A DNA stretch of 64,000 bases from the human T2T-CHM13v2.0 reference genome, Homo sapiens. The notes beneath the pieces are model-generated. The model was not told the origin of the DNA, did not search any database, and saw only the letters and a program-made list of their open reading frames with translations. Each line of letters starts with the position of its first letter. Within the stretch, counting starts at the first letter, position 1. This document shows, one piece after another, positions 57,094 through 64,000 of the stretch. Location: assembly GCF_009914755.1 (NCBI RefSeq), contig NC_060933.1. One strand, given 5' to 3'. A program made the position numbers and the translations under genes.

Positions 57094-60000
57094 AATGGAA
57101 TGGAATGGAATGGAACGGAACAGAACGGAAAGGAACGGAACGGAGTGGAATGGAATGGAATGGAATTGTATGGAATGGAATGGAATGGTACGGAATAGAA
57201 TGGAATGGAAAGAATTGGAATGGAATGGAATCGAATGGAATGGAATGGAATGGAATGGAATCAACCCGAGTGCAAGGGAATGTAATGGGACGGAATGCAA
57301 TGGAATGGAATCATCCGGAATGGAATGGAATGGAATGGAATGGAATGGAATGGAATGGAATCAACCCGAGCGCAATGGAATGGAGTGGAATGGAATGGAA
57401 TGGAATGGAACAACCCGAATGGAATGGAATGTAATGGAGAGTAAGGGAGTTGAATTGAATCAATCCGAATGTAATGGAATGGAACGGAATGGAATGGAAG
57501 GGAATGGAATGCAATGGAATGGAATCAACCCGAGTACAAAGGAACGGAATGTAATGTAATGTAATGTAATGGAATGGAATGGAATGGAATGGAATGGAAT
57601 CAACCCGAGTGCAATGGAATGGAGAGGAATGGAATGGAATGGAATGCAATGGAATGGAATCATCCGGAATGGAAAGGAATGGAATGGAATGCAAAGCAAT
57701 GGAATCAACTCGATTGCAATGGAATGGAATGGAATGGAAAGGAATACATTGGAATCAACCTGAGTGGAATGGAATGGAAAGGACTGGAATGGAGTGGAAT
57801 GGAATGGAATGGAATGGAATGGAATCAACTCGATTGGAATGGAATGGAATGGAATGGAATGGAATGGAATGGAATGGAATGGAATTAACCCGAATAGAAT
57901 GGAATGGAATGGAATGGAACGGATCGGAATGGAATGGAATGGAATGGAATGGAAGGGAATGGAATGGAATGGAAACAACCCGACTGCAGGGGAATGGAAT
58001 GGAATGGAATGGAATGGAAGGACACGGAATAGAATGGAATGGAACGAAATGGAATGGAATGGAATGGAATGGAATGGAATGGAATGGAATGGAATGGAAT
58101 CGTTCCGAGTGGAATAGGAGGGAATGTATTCGAGTGGAATGGAAAGGAATGGAATCAACCAGAGTGGAATGGAAGGGAATGGAATGGAATGGAAACTAAT
58201 AGAATGGAATCAACCCGAGTGGAATGGAATGGAAAGGACTGGAATGGAATGGAATGGAATGGAATCAACTCGATTGTAATGTAATGGAATGGAATGGAAT
58301 GGAATGGAATGGAATTAACCCGAATACAATGCAATGGAATGGAATGGAACGGAATGGAGTGGAATGGAATGGAATCAACCCGAGTGCAGGGGAATGGAAT
58401 GGAATGGAATGCAATGGAATGGAATCATCCGGAATGGAATGGAATGGAATGGAATGCAAAGCAATGGAATCAACTCGATTGCAATGGAATGGAATGGAAT
58501 GGAAAGGAATACATTGGAATCAACCCGAGTGGAATGGAATGGAAAGGACTGGAATGAAGTGCAATGGAATGGAATGGAATGGAATGGAATCAACTCGATT
58601 GGAATGGAATGGAATGGAATGGAATGGAATGGAATGGAATGGAATGGAATTAAACCGAATAGAATGGAATGGAATGGAATGGAACGGAACGGAATGGAAT
58701 GGAATGGAATGGAATGGAATGGAATGGAATGGAAACAACCCGACAGCAGGGGAATGGAATGGAATGGAATGGAAACAACCCGACTGCAGGGGAATGGAAT
58801 GGAATGGAATGCAAAGGAATGGATTCAACTTGAATGAAATGGAAAGAATGGAATCAACACGAGTGGAATGGCATGGATTGGAATGGAATGGAATGGAATC
58901 AACCCGAGTACAGAGGAATGGAATGGAATGGAATGCAATGGAATGGAATTATCCGTAATGGAATGGAAAGGAATGGAATGGAATGGAATGGAATGGAATG
59001 GAATCAACTCGATTGTAATCGAACGGAATGGAATGCAATTAACCCGAATAGAATGGAATGGAATGGAATGGAATGGAACGGAACGGAATGGAATGGATTG
59101 GAATGGAATGGAATGGAATGGAATGGAATGGAAAGGAATGGAATGGAATGGAATGGAATGGAATGGAATGGAATGGAATCAACGCGAGTGCAGGGCAATG
59201 GAATGGAATGGAATGCAATGGAATGGAATCTTCCGGAATGGAATGGAATGGAATGGAATGGAATGGAATGGAATGGAATAAACCCGAGTGCAATGGAATG
59301 GAGTGAAATGGAATGGAATGGAATGGAACAACCCGAATGGAATGGAATGTAATGGAGAGTAAGGGAGTTGAATAGAATCAATCCGAATGTAATGGAATGG
59401 AATGGAACGGAATGGAATTGAATGGAACGGAATGGAATGGAATGGAATGGAATGGAATCAACCCGAGTTCAATGGAATGGAGAGAAATGGAATGGAATGG
59501 AATGGAAACTACCCGAATGGAATGGAATGTAATGGAGTCTAAGGGAATTGAATAGAATCAATCCGAATGTAATGGAATGGAATGGAACGGAATGGAATGG
59601 AATGGAATGGAATGGAATGGAATGGAATGCAGTGGAATGGAATCAACCCGAGTGCAATCGAATGGAATCGAATGGAATGGAATGCAATGGAATGGATTCA
59701 ACTTGAATGGAATGGAAAGAATGGAATCAACACGAGTGGAATGGCATGGATTGGAATGTAATGGAATGGAATCAACCCGAGTACAGCGGAATGGAATGGA
59801 ATGGAATGCAATGGAATGGAATCATCCGTAATGGAATGGAAAGGAATGGAATGGAATGGAATGGAATGGAATGGAATCAACTCGATTGCAATCGAATGGA
59901 ATGGAGTGGAATTAACCCGAATAGAATGGAATGGAATGGAATGGAACGGAACGGAACGGAATGGAATGGAATGGAATGGAATGGAACGGAAAGGAAGGGA

Positions 60001-63000
60001 ATGGAATGGAATAGAATGGAATGGAATGGAATCAACGCGAGTGCAGGAGAATGGAATGGAATGGAATGCAATGGAATGGAATCTTCCGGAATGGAATGGA
60101 ATGGAATGGAATGGAATTGAATGGAATCAACCCGATTGCAATGGAATGGAGTGGAATGGAATGGAATGGAATGGAACAACCCGAATGGAATGGAATGTAA
60201 TGGAGAGTAAGGGAGTTGAATAGAATCAATCCGAATGTAATGGAATGGAATGGAACGGAATGGAATTGAATGGAATGGAATGGAATGCAATGGAATGGAA
60301 TCAACCCGAGTGCAATGGAATGGAGAGGAATGGAATGGAATGCAATGGAAACTACCCGAATGGAATGTAATGGAGTGTAAGGGAATTGAATAGAATCAAT
60401 CCGAATGTAATGGAAGGGAATGGAACGGAATGGAATGGAATGGAATGGAATGGAATGGAATGGAATGCAATGGAATGGAATCAAACCGAGTGCAATCAAA
60501 TGGAATCGAATGGAATGGAATGCAATGGAATGGATTCAACTTGAATGGAATGGAAAGAATGGAATCAACACGAGTGGAATGGCATGGATTGGAATGGGAT
60601 GGAATGGAATCAACCCGAGTACAGAGGAATGGAATGGAATGGAATGCAATGGAATGGAATCAACCGTAATGGAATGGAAAGGAATGGAATGGAATGGAAT
60701 GGAATGGAATGGAGTGGAATGGAATGGAATGGAATCAAATCGATTGCAATCGAATGGAATGGAATGGAATTAACCCGAATAGAATGGAATGGAATGGAAT
60801 GGAACGGAACGGAATGGAATGGAATGGAATGGAATGGAATGGAACGGAACGGAATGGAATGGAATGGAATGGAATCAACGCGAGTGCAGGGGAATGGAAT
60901 GGAATGGAATGCAATGGAATGGAATCTTCCGGAATGGAATGGAATGGAATGGAATGGAATGAAATGCAATGGAGTCAACTCGATTGCAATGGAATGGAAT
61001 AGAATGGAATGGAATGGAATGGAATGGAATTAATCCGAATAGAATGGAATGGAATGCAATGGAACGGAATGGAACGGAATGGAATGGAATGGAATTGTAT
61101 GGAATGGAATGGAATGGTACGGAATAGAATGGAATGGAACGAATTGAAATGGAATGGAATTGAATGTAATGGAATGGAATGCAATGGAATCAACGCGAGT
61201 GCAGGGGAATGTAATGGAAAGGAATGCAATGGAATGGAATCATCCGGAATGGAATGGAATGGAATGGAATGGAATGGAATCAACCCGAGTGCAATGGAAT
61301 GGAGTGGAATGGAATGGAATGGAATGGAACAACCAGAATGGAATGGAATGTAATGGAGAGTAAGGGAGTTGAATAGAATGAATCCGAAAGTAATGGAATG
61401 GAATGCAACGGAATGGAATGGAATGGAATGGAATGGAATGGAATGCAATGGAATTGAATCAACCCGAGTACAATGGAATGGAATGGAATGGAATGGAATG
61501 GAATGGAATGGAATGGAATGGAATGATACGGAATAGAATGGAATGGAACGAAATGGAATGGAATGGAATGGAATGGAATGGAATGGAAAGGAATCAACCC
61601 GAGTGCTGGGGAATGGAATGGAATGGAATGCAATGGAATGGAATCATCCGGAATGGAATGGAATGGAATGGAATGCAAAGCAATGGAATCAACTCGATTG
61701 CAATGGAATGGAATGGAATGGAAAGGAATACATTGGAATCAACCCGAGTGGAATGGAATGGAAAGGACTGGAATGGACTGGAATGGAATGGAATGGAATG
61801 GAATCAACTCGATTGGAATGCAATGGAATGGAATGGAATGGAATTAACCCGAATAGAATGGAATGGAATGGAATGGAACGGAACGGAATGGAATGGAATG
61901 GAATGGAATGGAATGGAATGGAATGGAATGGAATCAACCCGACTGCAGGGGAATGGAATGGAATGGAAGGCAATGGAAGAGATTCAACTTGAATGGAATG
62001 GAAAGAATGGAATCAACACGAGTGGAATGGCATGGATTGGAATGGAATGGAATGGAATCAACCCGAGTACAGGGGAATGGAATGGAATGGAATGCAATGG
62101 AATGGAATCATCCGTTATGGAATGGAAAGGAATGGAATGGAATGGAATGGAATGGAATGGAATGGAATGGAATGGAATCAACTCGATTGCAATCGAATGG
62201 AATGGAATGGAATTAACCCGAATAGAATGGAATGGAATGGAATGGAACGGAACGGAATGGAATGGAATGGAATGGAATGGAACGGAAAGGAATGGAATGG
62301 AATGGAATGGAATGGAATGGAATGGAATGGAATCAACGCGAGTGCAGGGGAATGGAATGGAATCGAATGGAATGGAAAGGAATGGAATGGAATCAACCCG
62401 AGTGCAGGGGAATGTAATGGAACGGAATGCAATAGAATGGAATCATCCGGAATGGAATGGAATGTAATGGAATGGAATCAACCCGAGTGCAATGGAATGG
62501 AGTGGAATGGAATGGAATGGAATGGAACAACCCGAATGGAATGGAATGTAATGGAGAGTAAGGGAGTTGAAAAGAATCAATCCGAATGTAATGGAATGGA
62601 ATGGAACGGAATGGAATGGAATGGAATGGAATGGAATGGAATGGAATGCAATGGAATGGAATCAACCCAAGTACAATGGAATGGAATGGAATGGAATGGA
62701 ATGGAATGGAATGGAATGCAATGGAATGGAATCTTCCGGAATGGAATGGAATGGAATGGAATGGAATGGAATGCAATGGATTCAACTCGATTGCAATGGA
62801 ATGGAATAGAATGGAATGGAATGGAATGGAATGGAATGGAATTAAACCGAATAGAATGGAATGGAATGGAATGGAATGGAACAGAACGGAACGGAACGGA
62901 ACGGAGTGGAAAGGAATGGAATGGAATTGTATGGAATGGAATGGAATGGTACGGAATAGAATGGAATGGAAAGAATTGGAATGGAATGGAATGGAATGGA

Positions 63001-64000
63001 ATGGAATGGAATCAACCCAAGCGCAATGGAATGGAGTGGAATGGAATGGAATGGAATGGAACAACCCGAATGGAATGGAATGTAATGGAGAGTAAGGGAG
63101 TTGAACAGAATCAATCCGAATGTAATGGAATGGAACGGAATGGAATGGAATGGAATGGAATGGAATGCAATGGAATGGAATCAACCCGAGTACAATGGAA
63201 CGGAATGTAATGTAATGTAATGTAATGGAATGGAACGGAATGGAATGGAATTGAATCAACCCGAGTGCAATGGAATGGAGAGGAATGGAATGGAATGGAA
63301 TGGAAACTACCCGAATGGAATGGAATGTAATGGAGTGTAAGGGAATTGAATAGAATCAATCCGAATGGAATGGAATGGAATAGAACGGAATGTAATGTAA
63401 TGGAATGGAATGGAATCAACCCGAGTGCAGGGGAATGGAATGGAATGGAATGCAATGGAATGGAATCATCCGGAATGGAATGGAATGGAATGCAATGGAA
63501 TGGAATGTAATGGAATCAACCCGAGAGCAATGGAATGGAGTGAAATGGAATGGAATGGAATGGAGACAACCAGAATGGATTGGAATATAATGGAGTGTAA
63601 GGGAATTGAATAGAATCAATCTGAATGTAATGAAATGGAATGGAACGGAATGGAATGGAATGGAACGGAATGGAATGGAATGGAATGCAATGGAATGGAA
63701 TCAACCCGAGTGCAATCGAATGGAATCGAATGGAATGGAATGCAATGGAATGGATTCAACTTGAATGGAATGGAAAGAATGGAATCAACACGAGTGGAAT
63801 GGCATGGATTGGAATGGAATGGAATGGAATCAACCCGAGTATAGGGGAATGGAATGGAATGGAATGCAATGGAATGGAATCATCCGTAATGGAATGGAAA
63901 GGAATGGAATGGAATGGAATGGAATGGAATGGAATGGAATCAACTCGATTGCAATCGAATGGAATGGAATGGAATTAACCCGAATAGAATGGAATGGAAT
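57094..64000 (+). repeat. More diverged HSat3 flank: a ~3.4 kb basic unit (from ~58100) and reshuffled B-like segments (~61.6-64 kb)
   Basis: CGTTCCGAG block at 58101. GTTGAAAAGAATC at 62566 matches 56816 (offset 5750). CAACCC(A/G)AGCGCAAT at 63013 and 57362. The flank carries many private substitutions. Confidence 0.75.

Larger units (their letters stand above)
1..64000 (+). repeat. Classical satellite 3 array (HSat3/SatIII), (GGAAT)n with interspersed CAACCCGAGT-type 10-mers; pericentromeric heterochromatin of human/great-ape type
   Basis: Seen: GGAAT pentamers from base 1 to 64000 in one orientation, interrupted roughly every 40-150 bp by CAACCCGAGT, CAACTCGATT, TAACCCGAAT, CAACACGAGT, CAACGCGAGT and similar. 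Established: the satellite 3 consensus is (ATTCC)n interspersed with an A(T/C)TCGGGTTG-type 10-mer, the reverse complement of these. Confidence 0.98.

Noticed and set aside
50-63978. Hundreds of ORFs (MEWNG- and FHSIP-repeat proteins, up to 419 aa)
   Set aside because: Pure (GGAAT)n has no stop codon in any of the six frames, and three pentamers encode a 5-residue repeat. The ORFs overlap in all frames with no domain content, so they are artefacts. I used them only as alignment markers.
1-64000. CRISPR-like repeat/spacer appearance
   Set aside because: The interrupters are a small recurring set of 10-30 bp words rather than unique spacers. The intervening runs vary in length and there are no cas genes.
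1-64000. HSat2 or Y-chromosome DYZ1 identity
   Set aside because: I see no CATCATCGAATGG-type 23/26-bp HSat2 periodicity and no regular ~3.6 kb period. The CAACCCGAGT interrupters fit the autosomal satellite 3 type.
1-64000. Strand inversion or embedded Alu/L1/ERV insertion
   Set aside because: I saw no (CATTC)n stretch on the + strand and no non-satellite sequence longer than ~40 bp.

Overview
The whole 64 kb window is one uninterrupted, single-orientation array of human-type classical satellite 3 (HSat3/SatIII). The + strand is (GGAAT)n, punctuated in pentamer register by CAACCCGAGT-type 10-mers. I see no genes, RNA genes, transposons or CRISPR arrays, and all ORFs are translation artefacts of the pentamer. 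A recurring ~150-bp module resembles the chromosome 9 SatIII clone pHuR98 as I remember it, so 9q12 (HSat3B5) is plausible but unverified. The array has nested higher-order structure: pentamer, then ~0.85-0.97 kb module, then ~3 kb unit, then ~8.1 kb unit (A, four copies), then a ~19.87 kb A-A-B super-unit duplicated in tandem (17345-37223 / 37224-57093) with a mappable 12-bp junction. A distinct variant block lies at ~3.9-11.0 kb. The most interesting sequence signals are about 48 perfect heat-shock elements (GGAATCTTCCGGAAT = nGAAnnTTCnnGAAn). Most lie ~200 bp downstream of a perfect 14-bp palindrome (TCGATTGCAATCGA), and both motifs are absent from the variant block. All counts and coordinates were read by eye and should be confirmed computationally.
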